This document shows positions 1 through 10,165 of a stretch of DNA of 64,000 nucleotides, piece by piece. This DNA comes from a virus. Lineage: Duplodnaviria; Caudoviricetes. The translations under genes were made by a program, and so were the position numbers. Below the pieces are notes generated by a model. The model saw nothing but the letters and a program-made list of their open reading frames with translations, was not told the DNA's origin and did no database searches. Location: positions 51,487 to 115,486 of the IMG/VR virus record IMGVR_UViG_3300034104_005543; one strand, given 5' to 3'. Within the stretch, counting starts at the first letter, position 1. Every line of letters begins with the position of its first letter.

Positions 1-2
1 TT

Positions 3-1250
3 TCAGTAGATGGAATAAAACCAACATCTTGGGAAGAAAAAATTATCGAACAAGGAAGAACTATGGTACCAATTGGAAGTAATTCATATGGTACAATATA
101 CGGGCAACCTGTAGGAAATCCAACAACAACTGAAAGTACCACTTATTATAAACCTATTTTTCAAAAACCATTAATGCCAAAGCTTAAAAAAATGCCATTA
201 AGAAATATAACTCAAATATCTTATGATAAACCAGAAAGAGAATTTGTACCTTTAGATATTCCTATACAAAAACCTGCAAGAAACCCTCCTCAGAAATTTT
301 ATTATGGAATGGATAAAAAACAAGAAAAAAGAAGATTAGCTGGTAAACCATATACAGCACTTAACTCTTCAGGTAATGAAATATACATAGCTTCTGGTGA
401 TACAAGATTAGATAGCGACCCTGAAAACACAATAGGTTATAATAAAGGTAGAGCTTATGTAGAAGGAGATAGAATGGAGGAGTTTGAACCGACTAGAGAT
501 ACTCAAAATAATCCTATTTCTAAAGAACAAATGGGCGGTAATATATACGATAAAGAAACTGATAATCTATTAGCTCAGATAGCTTCCATGATAGCTGATG
601 GGGAAGACCCTGATATGTTAGCAGGTTCTTTAGTAGATACTGGTTATTCAGAAGAGGTAGTAGATTCTTTAGTAGAAGAAGCGATTGATAGATTATCAGA
701 ACTAGGTGATTACGAAGAAGAAGACATCAATCAAATAGAAGATATTAAAGTTCTTAGAGAAGGTGGTATTCCTGATAGATACAAAAACCAAGGTTTTACT
801 AAAGTGGGTGCAAAACGCAAATCTAATCGTCCTGGTAAAAAATGGATGGTACTTGCTAAAAAAGGCAACAAATATAAAATAGTGCACGGTGGTTATAAAG
901 GGATGAAAGATTACACCCAGCATGGTTCAGAAGAAAGAAGAGAAAGATTCTGGGACAGAATGGGTGGTAAAAATTCTGCTAAAGCTAAAGATCAGTTTAG
1001 TCCTTTGTACTGGCATAAAAGATTTGGTACTTGGCAAGACGGAGGTAAAACTCCTATTGAACACCCTGAAGGACAAAGAAAATTTCCTGGTAAAACAACT
1101 AGAATTCCTTCTAACAGAATTACAATGGAAGGAATTAACTATCCTGTTTTAGCAATTGGAGATAATGGAAAAGCAAATTTAATGCTACCAGGTGAAGAAT
1201 ATTTGTATCTTGGTGTAAATTATGTAGATGAAGTTCCATTTTCTAAATAA
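3..1250 (+). CDS. Modular putative virion cargo protein, 5'-truncated by the window edge; basic DUF5754-like module near the C-terminus
   Basis: Frame is open from position 3 upstream of the ATG at 63. Modules are separated by EQMGG/LREGG/WQDGG. Basic module SNRPGKKWMVL..KIVHGG..MKDYTQH...SPLYW. Confidence 0.8.
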   Translation, partial: SVDGIKPTSWEEKIIEQGRTMVPIGSNSYGTIYGQPVGNPTTTESTTYYKPIFQKPLMPKLKKMPLRNITQISYDKPEREFVPLDIPIQKPARNPPQKFYYGMDKKQEKRRLAGKPYTALNSSGNEIYIASGDTRLDSDPENTIGYNKGRAYVEGDRMEEFEPTRDTQNNPISKEQMGGNIYDKETDNLLAQIASMIADGEDPDMLAGSLVDTGYSEEVVDSLVEEAIDRLSELGDYEEEDINQIEDIKVLREGGIPDRYKNQGFTKVGAKRKSNRPGKKWMVLAKKGNKYKIVHGGYKGMKDYTQHGSEERRERFWDRMGGKNSAKAKDQFSPLYWHKRFGTWQDGGKTPIEHPEGQRKFPGKTTRIPSNRITMEGINYPVLAIGDNGKANLMLPGEEYLYLGVNYVDEVPFSK

Positions 1251-1279
1251 ATTTCGTAAATTAGATAAACTATAGTTAT

Positions 1280-2092
1280 ATGAAAAAGTCGTCAAAACCC
1301 TGTTATAAGTGCGGTGGTAATGTAAAAATGCAAGAAGGTGGTTCTGCAGAACAAGACCAAATTATGCAAGTAATTCAAATGTTCGCAGACATGCAAGGTG
1401 TTGATCCTGAAGAAATAATTCAACAACTGCAAGGATTATCTTCAAAAGAACAACAGCAAGCTATTCAGCAGATGATGCAAGTAGTACAGCAAGGTCAAGG
1501 GCAACAGATGAGAATGGGTGGTAGTAGATATCAAGAAGGTGGGAGTACTGAGCAAGATCAAATAATGCAGATTATTCAAATGTTTGCTGAGATACAAGGT
1601 GTAGATCCCCAAGAAATTATGCAGAGACTTCAGCAATTAAGTCCTGAACAACAGCAACAAGCTATACAACAAATGGCGCAGGTTGTTCAAGAAGCTATGC
1701 AACAACAACAGGGTATGCCTCAACAAGGTATGCAACAGCAGATGATGCCACCTGAACAACAAGCAATGATGGCGCAAGGTGGTTCTTGGTACTATGGTGG
1801 TTATATGAATCACCCTATGATGGAACCTAATGGTTATCAGCACCCTGTAGCATTATTTGAAATGGGTGGTATGAATCAAATGAAGCAAGGTGGTATTCAT
1901 ATTGACCCTCGTAAAAAAGGTACATTCAAAGCTCAAGCTACTAAAATGGGTATGAGTGTTCAAGAAGCAGCGCGTCATATTCTTAGAAATAAAGATAAGT
2001 ATTCTACCGCGATGGTTCGTAAAGCAAACTTTGCTAGGCAAGCAAGTAAATGGAAAAATGAATTTGGTGGAGATATATACGTAGAAGATTAA
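1280..2092 (+). CDS. Q/M-rich putative virion cargo protein with two internal repeats and a basic C-terminal domain
   Basis: 270-aa ORF with many x-x-x-GG motifs; C-terminal GGIHIDPRKKGTF...KANFARQASKW. Confidence 0.8.
   Translation: MKKSSKPCYKCGGNVKMQEGGSAEQDQIMQVIQMFADMQGVDPEEIIQQLQGLSSKEQQQAIQQMMQVVQQGQGQQMRMGGSRYQEGGSTEQDQIMQIIQMFAEIQGVDPQEIMQRLQQLSPEQQQQAIQQMAQVVQEAMQQQQGMPQQGMQQQMMPPEQQAMMAQGGSWYYGGYMNHPMMEPNGYQHPVALFEMGGMNQMKQGGIHIDPRKKGTFKAQATKMGMSVQEAARHILRNKDKYSTAMVRKANFARQASKWKNEFGGDIYVED
1331..1690 (+). repeat. Two imperfect ~160-nt in-frame repeats (1331-1489, 1532-1690)
   Basis: Both encode QEGGS.EQDQIMQ.IQMFA..QGVDP.EI.Q.LQ.LS...QQQAIQQM.QVVQ; period 201 nt. Confidence 0.9.
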
Positions 2093-2097
2093 GTATT

Positions 2098-2826
2098 ATG
2101 AAAGGAACAACTACATATAAAATATGTCATCAGTGTTCTGTCAATTTGCCAGAAAACAGAAAAAACTATCGTTCTTCTAGAATACATAGCAAAGAGGTTT
2201 TTCACATGGTTTGTAGAACATGCGAAGATTCTATTAAATTAAAACCTGAGTGGTTTGAAGGCAAGTTATTGTGTCATAAATGTGCTGACTACAAAGATGA
2301 AGTTGTTTTTACACCAAATAACACTTTAAATGCTACAAGAAATTATAGAAGGTATATATGCAATAATTGTAATAAAATACGACAACATAAATTAAATGCT
2401 TCTTTTTCTGAAGATAAAAAATTAGATAAAATTTTAACTAGTAGATACAGAGGTGCTGTAGATAGATCTTTGAAATCTAATATAGAATTTTCTATAAGTA
2501 AAGCATTTCTTCATGATTTATATATAAAACAAAAAGGAAAATGTGCCTTATCAAATTTAGATATGACTTTTGAATTAAATGCAGGAAGAACTCCAACTAA
2601 TTTAAGTGTGGATAGAATAAATCCAAACGAAGGATATACAGAAAATAATACACAATTAGTATGTATGGCTATAAACCAAATGAAAAGCGATTTTACGAAT
2701 GATGAGATATATAAATTTTGTAAAAATTTTGTTCTCACATATGAGGAAAAAAATAAAAGCGAAGAAAACTTTGCTAAAGAATTTGGTGGTCAATTAGATG
2801 ATCAAGATTTAATGGAACTTTATTAA
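2098..2826 (+). CDS. Free-standing HNH/His-Me finger endonuclease with N-terminal CxxC zinc-binding motifs
   Basis: Four CxxC pairs, then CALS...SVDRINPNEGYTENNTQLVCMAINQMK; Cys-rich, unlike its neighbours. Confidence 0.8.
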   Translation: MKGTTTYKICHQCSVNLPENRKNYRSSRIHSKEVFHMVCRTCEDSIKLKPEWFEGKLLCHKCADYKDEVVFTPNNTLNATRNYRRYICNNCNKIRQHKLNASFSEDKKLDKILTSRYRGAVDRSLKSNIEFSISKAFLHDLYIKQKGKCALSNLDMTFELNAGRTPTNLSVDRINPNEGYTENNTQLVCMAINQMKSDFTNDEIYKFCKNFVLTYEEKNKSEENFAKEFGGQLDDQDLMELY

Positions 2827-2827
2827 C

Positions 2828-4855
2828 ATGAAGAAAAAAGATTTTCCTTATTTGCCTAAAGCTCAAGTAGGTAAAGAACATGACGGACTTACTGTAGCAG
2901 AAAGAGCTCTACTACTTGCCGATGATTTATTTGAATCTACTACTACATCAAATTTAGTAAAATCTAAAAGCGTTAAATCAGAATCTAATAGCAAAACTTT
3001 TACTAAAAAAGATTCTGTTAAAGAAACAAGAAAGCCTATACTAATAGATGTAGTTAATAGTATATATAGTGAATCTTCTCCTCTAGGAAATACTCAATAT
3101 ATTCCTGTAGGAGATCCTAGATATGATAAGGCTAGAAGAAAAAGACCTCCAGGAGACTTTATAACTTACTGGAATGAAGATTCTCAAACATGGTTAAATA
3201 CTTATAACCCTGAGAATTATAAAAATGTTTCTGTAATTGGAGTTCCTTCAGACAGAATAGGTGATCAAGGAGAATGGATAAGAAGAGATCAGCTTAAAGA
3301 GAAAGTTAGTTATGCAGGTCGCGGATATAGGAACAATCCTGATTATGAAATCGGAGGTTCTACAGAACCTACAAAAGAATTTTATGATTTTTATGAAAAA
3401 GTAAAGAAAAAATATCCTAATGCAAGTGAAGAGCAAATTTTAAATGTTTGGGAAAAAAGTTATTTAAAAGGAGAAAGTTATAAAAATCCTTTTTTAGCAG
3501 TTACTCCTTTAATACCTGGTTCACAGTCTACCTTTGAACAATATGGTATAAGTGAACCTTATATTAATAACGCATCGTATTTTAATGAAACACCGTATCC
3601 TCAAAAGGTAAGAGATATCGATTATAATGATCCTTTAGTTTATCCTACTGTTGTTGATAATGAAGAAATACCAACTAGATTTACAAATCCTTTTTTACCT
3701 GAATCAACTAAAAAATTACCGGGATATTTATCACAATTAGATAGAATGCCTACTAGATCTGTTACTCAAATAGGTAGTCCTTCTAGTCTTGTGTATGATC
3801 CTAAAAAGGCTAAAAGTGTAAGTAAAGCAATTAATAAATTAGCTAAAGAAGATGCTGAATACAGAAGAAACCAGCGTGAAGCAGATGAAGTTATTCTTCC
3901 TACTGAAGAATCAACTAGTTGGAGAGTAAATGAAGAAGCACCTACTTCTAATGCTGATATGTACGCTTCTGAAATTTCAAAAGACTGGGAAACTGTTGTA
4001 CCTGAATTTAGAGTAAAAACTAAACCTAAAGTTGATACAAGTCCTGTTGTAGTAGACATAACATCTAATCCCAATTATGATTGGGGGTATGCTATGAATA
4101 ATAAAGGTAACATTGAATATAAAACAGAATCCCCTAATTTTATTGAAAGAAACGCTCCTGTATATAAAAAAGGAGGCTATTTACCTAAAGCTTTGTTTGG
4201 TAACATGTTCAAAAAAAATAAACAACCTTATGGTCCTACTGCATTTACAGATCAGTTTTCTCAATGGCAAGATAATAGTCAAACTGCTAAAAATGCACAA
4301 AGACAACCTCAAGCAAATCCTATGTTTATGTCAGGTCAAAACGCACCTATGACATCAAATGTAGATAATATACAAGGTACAGGAACAGAACTTATTTTAA
4401 ATCTTAATAAACCTTCTAATACAAATACTAAAGTAGAAGAAGATCCATTAAGTTGGTATGAACAAGATGAAGCATTTGATCCTCTTAAAGTAAATTTTGA
4501 TAAAAACACAAAATCAGAACCTTCTTTTGGTCAAAAAGTAGGGGCTTTTGCTAAAGGTATGTGGAAAGGAGCTAATGCAGATAACATACTACTAGGTACA
4601 AAAGCTCTTAATAATTTATTAGAAAAAACACCGGACTATGATCAGTTTCAAAGAAACTATAAAGAACCAGGTCAATCTATGAGTAGAGGAGATTGGACTA
4701 CTAATCAAGGTTTCTTACAACCTAATCGTTTAGGTTATTTTGATAAGTTTTCAGTAGGAACAGGGAGTATGCAATTTGGTGGTGAGGTAGATATGACCGA
4801 TGATGAAATTTATGAGTTTTTGGCAGCGGGTGGAGAATTGGAGTTTATAGATTAA
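2828..4855 (+). CDS. Putative virion cargo protein, largely low-complexity and modular
   Basis: 675-aa ORF; YLPKA linkers; GG motifs YEIGG, YKKGG, MQFGG; in the cargo gene block. Confidence 0.75.
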   Translation: MKKKDFPYLPKAQVGKEHDGLTVAERALLLADDLFESTTTSNLVKSKSVKSESNSKTFTKKDSVKETRKPILIDVVNSIYSESSPLGNTQYIPVGDPRYDKARRKRPPGDFITYWNEDSQTWLNTYNPENYKNVSVIGVPSDRIGDQGEWIRRDQLKEKVSYAGRGYRNNPDYEIGGSTEPTKEFYDFYEKVKKKYPNASEEQILNVWEKSYLKGESYKNPFLAVTPLIPGSQSTFEQYGISEPYINNASYFNETPYPQKVRDIDYNDPLVYPTVVDNEEIPTRFTNPFLPESTKKLPGYLSQLDRMPTRSVTQIGSPSSLVYDPKKAKSVSKAINKLAKEDAEYRRNQREADEVILPTEESTSWRVNEEAPTSNADMYASEISKDWETVVPEFRVKTKPKVDTSPVVVDITSNPNYDWGYAMNNKGNIEYKTESPNFIERNAPVYKKGGYLPKALFGNMFKKNKQPYGPTAFTDQFSQWQDNSQTAKNAQRQPQANPMFMSGQNAPMTSNVDNIQGTGTELILNLNKPSNTNTKVEEDPLSWYEQDEAFDPLKVNFDKNTKSEPSFGQKVGAFAKGMWKGANADNILLGTKALNNLLEKTPDYDQFQRNYKEPGQSMSRGDWTTNQGFLQPNRLGYFDKFSVGTGSMQFGGEVDMTDDEIYEFLAAGGELEFID

Positions 4856-5972
4856 TTTTGTATTTTTAGATTATGATGAGACGTGTAAAAATTACTAAAC
4901 TTCCTGAAGCTGGTTATGGTAGACCCATATCAGAAGGGTGGAGTACAAAAAATAAAAATGGTTATACTGCTAGTTTGCTATCAGATAAGACTTCTTCTCC
5001 TGTAAGAAAAACACTTACTAGTGTTCCTAGAGGAGAAGCTAATGTAGAAGCAGAAGGTGGAGAAACCGTAGTTGGTGATTTTCAAAAAGACGGTCTTGAT
5101 GAATTTTACAACATTCAAGGACCCCGTCACGCAGATGGTCCCGGTGTACCTCTAAACTTACCAGAGTCTTTTATTTTCTCAGACACAAAGAAGATGAGAA
5201 TCAACAATCCTGATTTGTTAAAAATCTTTGGTAAGTCTAAAGGTTCTTATACTCCAGCGGCATTGTCTAAAAAATATCAACTAAACGATTACAACGCTAC
5301 TCTAACTAATAAAGATGCTGATACTTTAGAGAAAGAGACTGCGGAATTAATGATTAATAACAACCGTGATAAATTATCGAAATTATCTATTATACAAGAA
5401 GTTTATTTAAAGGGTGGTAATGTACCTAAATTCGCTTATCCCTACTTAGAAAAGAAAGGTATTAGTACTAGCCAGTTAGCAACTGACCAAGATGACATAA
5501 ATGAAGAACAGTATAGATATGGTGGGTATTTAGATAAATATCAAAATGCAGGTTCAACAAAATCTTCTAAAAAAGGCGCTACTGAACAACCTATATATAC
5601 ATTACCATTAGCAGATAATAGTTATATAGATCGAGGTTCAAACACTGAACTAAACAATTCTTTTCCTATGTCAGACAATAACGGAGCTTTTTTTGAACAA
5701 GGTAGTAGAATTATAAACACATACAATAATGGTTTACCTAACGATACCTCATATATATATATGAAAAATATTGATAAAGGAGGTAATCCTCTTACTGAAT
5801 CTTTTTATTATAATACAGGGCAAAACATGCCTGATAAAAAACCGGTATCAAACTTTCAAGGTTCAAATCAAAATACTAATCAATATTATTTTGATGCTAT
5901 AAATAGATTAACAGGTTTAGATTCATTAAATAAAAAGAAAGTTGGTGGGTATTTACCTAAAGCTCAAGTAGG
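2849..5972 (+). repeat. Dispersed YLPKA(QVG) linker repeat
   Basis: tatttgcctaaagctcaagtagg (2849-2871) vs tatttacctaaagctcaagtagg (5950-5972), 22/23 identical; tatttacctaaagct at 4178-4192; ggtgggtattta at 5521-5532 and 5944-5955. Confidence 0.8.
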
Positions 5973-7215
5973 GGACGATCGTTTTAATCCCGCAGATACT
6001 ACAAAAGCAAGAATTGTAGATAAAATTCCTGAAGGTTTTAAACCATACCAAGAAGATCCTAATTATGCACGGAAAATAACACAAGGTCGACAAATAAATG
6101 CTGCTACGCAAGGTACTCATACAATCGAAGGTGTTATTAATAATAAAGGAACATATTCTACTTTTCATAAAGCAGCCGTAGAAGCAGGTATTACAGATCC
6201 TGAAGAATTAAAAAAAGCAGCTGCTGACTATTTAGGTCCTAATCCTAGATTACCATCTAAAAAAGAAGTAGTTAGAGTACAACCTGTTGCACCTGCTGCT
6301 CCTTCAGAACCATTAGAAAAAATGGTTCCTAGAAGTGTTACGATTCCACCTCCTTCTGTAGAAAGAACAGGACCTCCTGCTTTTGGTACACCTGAACAAG
6401 AAACTACTGATGATGAACAAAAACAAACCTACGACTACTCTCAATATCCCAGTCAACCTTTCTTTAAATCAGATGTAGTAGATTTATATGGTTCAGCTTT
6501 TTCTTTATTTGATAATACTGATGTAGGTCCTACATATCAAAGAGTAGCAGGTCCTAGGACTATTAATCCTGTATTAGAAGACCCTACTCGTGCTATTGCT
6601 AATAGACAAGAAGGTGCTGCTAGAGCTACAGACGCTATAAAAGCATTTGGTAGAAACCCTTCATCTGCAGCATCTTACATGCAAGGTTTAGCAGCAGGTG
6701 ATACCGCTGATATAATAAGTGGTGTAAATCAAAGAAACATAGGTACCTTAAATCAAGCGCAAGGGTTTAATGCTCAAATGTTAGGTAACTATGATAGAAG
6801 TCGTCAAATGGCTGATAGACAATATGATGTAGATTTAGCTACTTACTTGCAACAAAAAGCTAATACTAGAGCTCAAAAGAGAAATGTATTTACTAACAAG
6901 TTATCTCAAGCTTATACTAATCAAGGTAATGTAAACTTGTTAAACGCTCAAGATCCAAGTTTTATGTTTAATACTAGAGCAAATAATATTCGGTTTACAG
7001 GACAACCTGGTTCTGGACAATCTTCAACACAACCTGGTTTTGCAGGAAAAAATTACAAAGACATGACTCCTGCAGAAAAAGATGAATATTTAAAAGAATT
7101 AGATATACAAGATAAGGAATCACGTATAGCAAGTCGTAATCAATTTGGTTATGTACCTAGACGAGGAGGTGCTGGTTGGAGACAACAAGCAGGTTTACCT
7201 GGTAGTAGACAGTAG
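4873..7215 (+). CDS. Putative virion cargo/ejection protein
   Basis: 780-aa ORF; NVEAEGGE...GPRH..GVP...FIFSD N-terminal domain; GGYL linkers; Q/N/A-rich helical C-terminus. Confidence 0.75.
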   Translation: MMRRVKITKLPEAGYGRPISEGWSTKNKNGYTASLLSDKTSSPVRKTLTSVPRGEANVEAEGGETVVGDFQKDGLDEFYNIQGPRHADGPGVPLNLPESFIFSDTKKMRINNPDLLKIFGKSKGSYTPAALSKKYQLNDYNATLTNKDADTLEKETAELMINNNRDKLSKLSIIQEVYLKGGNVPKFAYPYLEKKGISTSQLATDQDDINEEQYRYGGYLDKYQNAGSTKSSKKGATEQPIYTLPLADNSYIDRGSNTELNNSFPMSDNNGAFFEQGSRIINTYNNGLPNDTSYIYMKNIDKGGNPLTESFYYNTGQNMPDKKPVSNFQGSNQNTNQYYFDAINRLTGLDSLNKKKVGGYLPKAQVGDDRFNPADTTKARIVDKIPEGFKPYQEDPNYARKITQGRQINAATQGTHTIEGVINNKGTYSTFHKAAVEAGITDPEELKKAAADYLGPNPRLPSKKEVVRVQPVAPAAPSEPLEKMVPRSVTIPPPSVERTGPPAFGTPEQETTDDEQKQTYDYSQYPSQPFFKSDVVDLYGSAFSLFDNTDVGPTYQRVAGPRTINPVLEDPTRAIANRQEGAARATDAIKAFGRNPSSAASYMQGLAAGDTADIISGVNQRNIGTLNQAQGFNAQMLGNYDRSRQMADRQYDVDLATYLQQKANTRAQKRNVFTNKLSQAYTNQGNVNLLNAQDPSFMFNTRANNIRFTGQPGSGQSSTQPGFAGKNYKDMTPAEKDEYLKELDIQDKESRIASRNQFGYVPRRGGAGWRQQAGLPGSRQ

Positions 7216-7285
7216 ATAAATTTTAAAAATTTATTAAACTTGTAATGTTAAAATAGCTATATTAGTGTGAAATATTCATACTAAT

Positions 7286-10165
7286 ATGGCTACTTTTATT
7301 CCTGGCGTAACTGATTATATACCTCAGTTTCAGAACGATATACCAGATTTAGGGTTAATTCAACAGACTCTTAAAATTAAACAATCACAGTACGATGCTA
7401 ATTATGCTAAAATAAAAAGCATACAGGATGGTATATTAAATGCGCAACTTACTAGAGATGATACTAAAGAAACTAGAAAAGCGTTTTTTGAAGCTGCTAA
7501 TAAAGCAATCAAACAAATTTCTACTGTAGATCTTAGTAAAGCTCAAAATGTTTCAGTAGCAGAAAGAATATTTGACCCGCTTATTAACAATCAACTTTTT
7601 ATAGCAGATGCATCTAAAACTAAGATAGTAATGGCAGAATTACAAAAGGGTCAAGCTGCAAGAGATTGCACTGACCCTAAAAAGTGTAACGATGGTTATA
7701 ATCCAGAAAGCGATGAAGCACTAAATTATTGGTTAGAGAATTTTAAGAACATGACTCCTGATGAAGCACTTAAAGCAAATCCTAGAAGATATGTATATGA
7801 TCCTAAGATAAGTAAAAGACTTACTGACCTTATTAAAGAAATAGAACCTAGCGCTACTATTACTGAAGTTCAAGGACAATGGATTGTAAAAACTAAAATG
7901 GGAGACCAAGTTCAAGCTCATCTAAATAGTATTTTACATAATGCTGTTGCTACAGATCCTCAAGTAGGTGAATACATGAGAAATAAAGCTTATGTTCAAA
8001 GAGAAAGGTTTATAAGAAGTTCAGGTTTACCAAGAGAACAAGCTGACGCAAACTATAATAACGAAATTTTAACAACTGTAGAAAAACAAAACACAGAAGA
8101 TTTAAATAATATTAATAAGTCTATAGAAGAAATACAGTTTAAAGGTAAAAAACTTGTTGAAGCATCTGGTGGTAAAGTACCTACTAATAGTAGCATTCTT
8201 CAAAGAATTGAACAGTTTGGTCAAATAATTCAAATGCTTGAAGCTAATAAAAAAAGTATTGAAGAAAGACAACAAGATTTTGAATTATTTAGACAAAATG
8301 CTAATTCTTCTAGAATTGACGATCAAGTAGCATCAACATTATTAAGCAATCAAATAGGTTCTTTTGCTAAATCTTATAGTGCTCTTAAAAAAGAAGTTGA
8401 TATTGAAGCTAATCCATATGCTGTAAATGAGCAAAAGTTTAATTACGATGTTGCTATAGAAAAAATGCGAGCTGAAAATGATAAAAATAATATTATTCTA
8501 AGAGCTCGCATGGATATGGCTAAAGAGCAATTTAAATTTAATCTTGAAAATACTGCAAATATACCTGGTGTTACCCCTGAAGGAGGAGTACAGCTTATAA
8601 GTCAAGGTGAAAGTGCTACAAGACCTATAGATAAAATTGGAAAACATAATACGGACCAAGCTTTAGCATATGCAAGTCAGGCTCAAAAAGGACAAAAAGA
8701 TTATTTGGTAAAATTATATAGAAGTTTAAGTGTTGCTGATAGGAATAAACTATTTAAAAAACCAAATGGTGATCCTTATACAGTAGAAGAATTACAAAAC
8801 TTAGACCCTAAAACTTTACAAGAAACATCTAAAGGTAATGTTTCTCAACTAAGTCTTTTATATAGAACTGTAACAGGAGCTATAAGTAAAACACCTCCTA
8901 CTACACTACCTCAAATTCAAGGAGAACTAGCTGCATTACAAACTTCTATTAATTTAAATGAAACAGCATCTAAAGAAGCAATAAATGCTTTTAACAGTAA
9001 TAAAGAATCAGTTAATTTAAATCTAAATAAAAATCCTGATTTTGTAGGGTTAATGCAAACTATAATGAAAGGTAATGATCCTGAATTAAAAAAGTTATTT
9101 AGAATAAAAGATGGAAAAATAGATGTAGACGACTATAAATTATATCAACTTATATTAAAAGAAAGAGATCCTGCTCTTTTTTTAGCAAGTCAAAAAGTAA
9201 CAATGTCTGGTGTGAATCCTATGGGAGGTATAGGAGTTGGTTTTGGTGCTGTAAAAGCCTCTGAGCGATTACAACTGTTAGAAAATTTAGAACAAGTTAT
9301 AAGTAAAGCTAAAGATGATACCTATAAATCTAATTCTAGCCAATTAAAAATAGTAGGTGCTAATTTAGATTTAGATCAATTAGGCAACCCTATAATATCA
9401 TACCCTGCTATAGGAATTCCTACAACAGTTAGTAGTACGGATAATACAGCTGAGAAAAAAACAGCTCTTTCTATGCTTAACAGTTTAGATTATGTAGCTA
9501 CTACAGAACCCGAAAGTAAAATAAAGTTTTATTATCCCGATGGAAATAAATATCAAGAACTTGAAGTTGGTGCCAATGTTATAGCTCAATTAAAAGCAGG
9601 GTTTTCAAATCCTCAAAAAAGTAATGTACTGCAAATCAATAGTATTGAAAGAAGCGAAAATCTTACATACAAAAAAGAATATGATGATTCTAAAGTACTT
9701 TATAAAATAAATATTGCTCCTACTACAGCAGAAGCTATAGCAAAAACGACAGGAAAAACTGTACAAGAAGTTTCTCAAATTATTGTAGAAGTAGATAAAA
9801 ATTCAGATAGAAGTAATTTTGTAAATGCTAGTTCTAATTTTAACGCTGCAAATACTATACTCAAAGGAGGAGGAAAAATAACTCAAACAATTGATGATCC
9901 TATTTCAGGAGATAAATATGAATTAAATATTTTTAGAGCAGAAGATGGTCAGATTTACAGTTATCTTAATTACAATGATGTTTTTAATGGTAATAGTTAT
10001 TTACCTATAGGTAGTCTCGACCCTGAAGAATATATATTACAAGGTGTTCAAAGTATTAGTTCAGGTATAGCTACTAAGAATAATAAAGTAGCAAATGAAA
10101 ATCAAAATTTACAAACAAATTTTGTTTCAAAAACAGAGTTGTATAATTTACTAGGAATTAAATAA
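7286..10165 (+). CDS. Putative ejection/cargo protein, coiled-coil rich
   Basis: 959-aa ORF whose stop overlaps the next start (TAATG); only Cys pair is DCTDPKKC. Confidence 0.75.
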   Translation: MATFIPGVTDYIPQFQNDIPDLGLIQQTLKIKQSQYDANYAKIKSIQDGILNAQLTRDDTKETRKAFFEAANKAIKQISTVDLSKAQNVSVAERIFDPLINNQLFIADASKTKIVMAELQKGQAARDCTDPKKCNDGYNPESDEALNYWLENFKNMTPDEALKANPRRYVYDPKISKRLTDLIKEIEPSATITEVQGQWIVKTKMGDQVQAHLNSILHNAVATDPQVGEYMRNKAYVQRERFIRSSGLPREQADANYNNEILTTVEKQNTEDLNNINKSIEEIQFKGKKLVEASGGKVPTNSSILQRIEQFGQIIQMLEANKKSIEERQQDFELFRQNANSSRIDDQVASTLLSNQIGSFAKSYSALKKEVDIEANPYAVNEQKFNYDVAIEKMRAENDKNNIILRARMDMAKEQFKFNLENTANIPGVTPEGGVQLISQGESATRPIDKIGKHNTDQALAYASQAQKGQKDYLVKLYRSLSVADRNKLFKKPNGDPYTVEELQNLDPKTLQETSKGNVSQLSLLYRTVTGAISKTPPTTLPQIQGELAALQTSINLNETASKEAINAFNSNKESVNLNLNKNPDFVGLMQTIMKGNDPELKKLFRIKDGKIDVDDYKLYQLILKERDPALFLASQKVTMSGVNPMGGIGVGFGAVKASERLQLLENLEQVISKAKDDTYKSNSSQLKIVGANLDLDQLGNPIISYPAIGIPTTVSSTDNTAEKKTALSMLNSLDYVATTEPESKIKFYYPDGNKYQELEVGANVIAQLKAGFSNPQKSNVLQINSIERSENLTYKKEYDDSKVLYKINIAPTTAEAIAKTTGKTVQEVSQIIVEVDKNSDRSNFVNASSNFNAANTILKGGGKITQTIDDPISGDKYELNIFRAEDGQIYSYLNYNDVFNGNSYLPIGSLDPEEYILQGVQSISSGIATKNNKVANENQNLQTNFVSKTELYNLLGIK

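Noticed and set aside
7667-7687. Cys pair (DCTDPKKC) of the 959-aa protein as part of the terminal-Cys chain
   Set aside because: The pair is internal and closely spaced, better explained as a local intramolecular loop.
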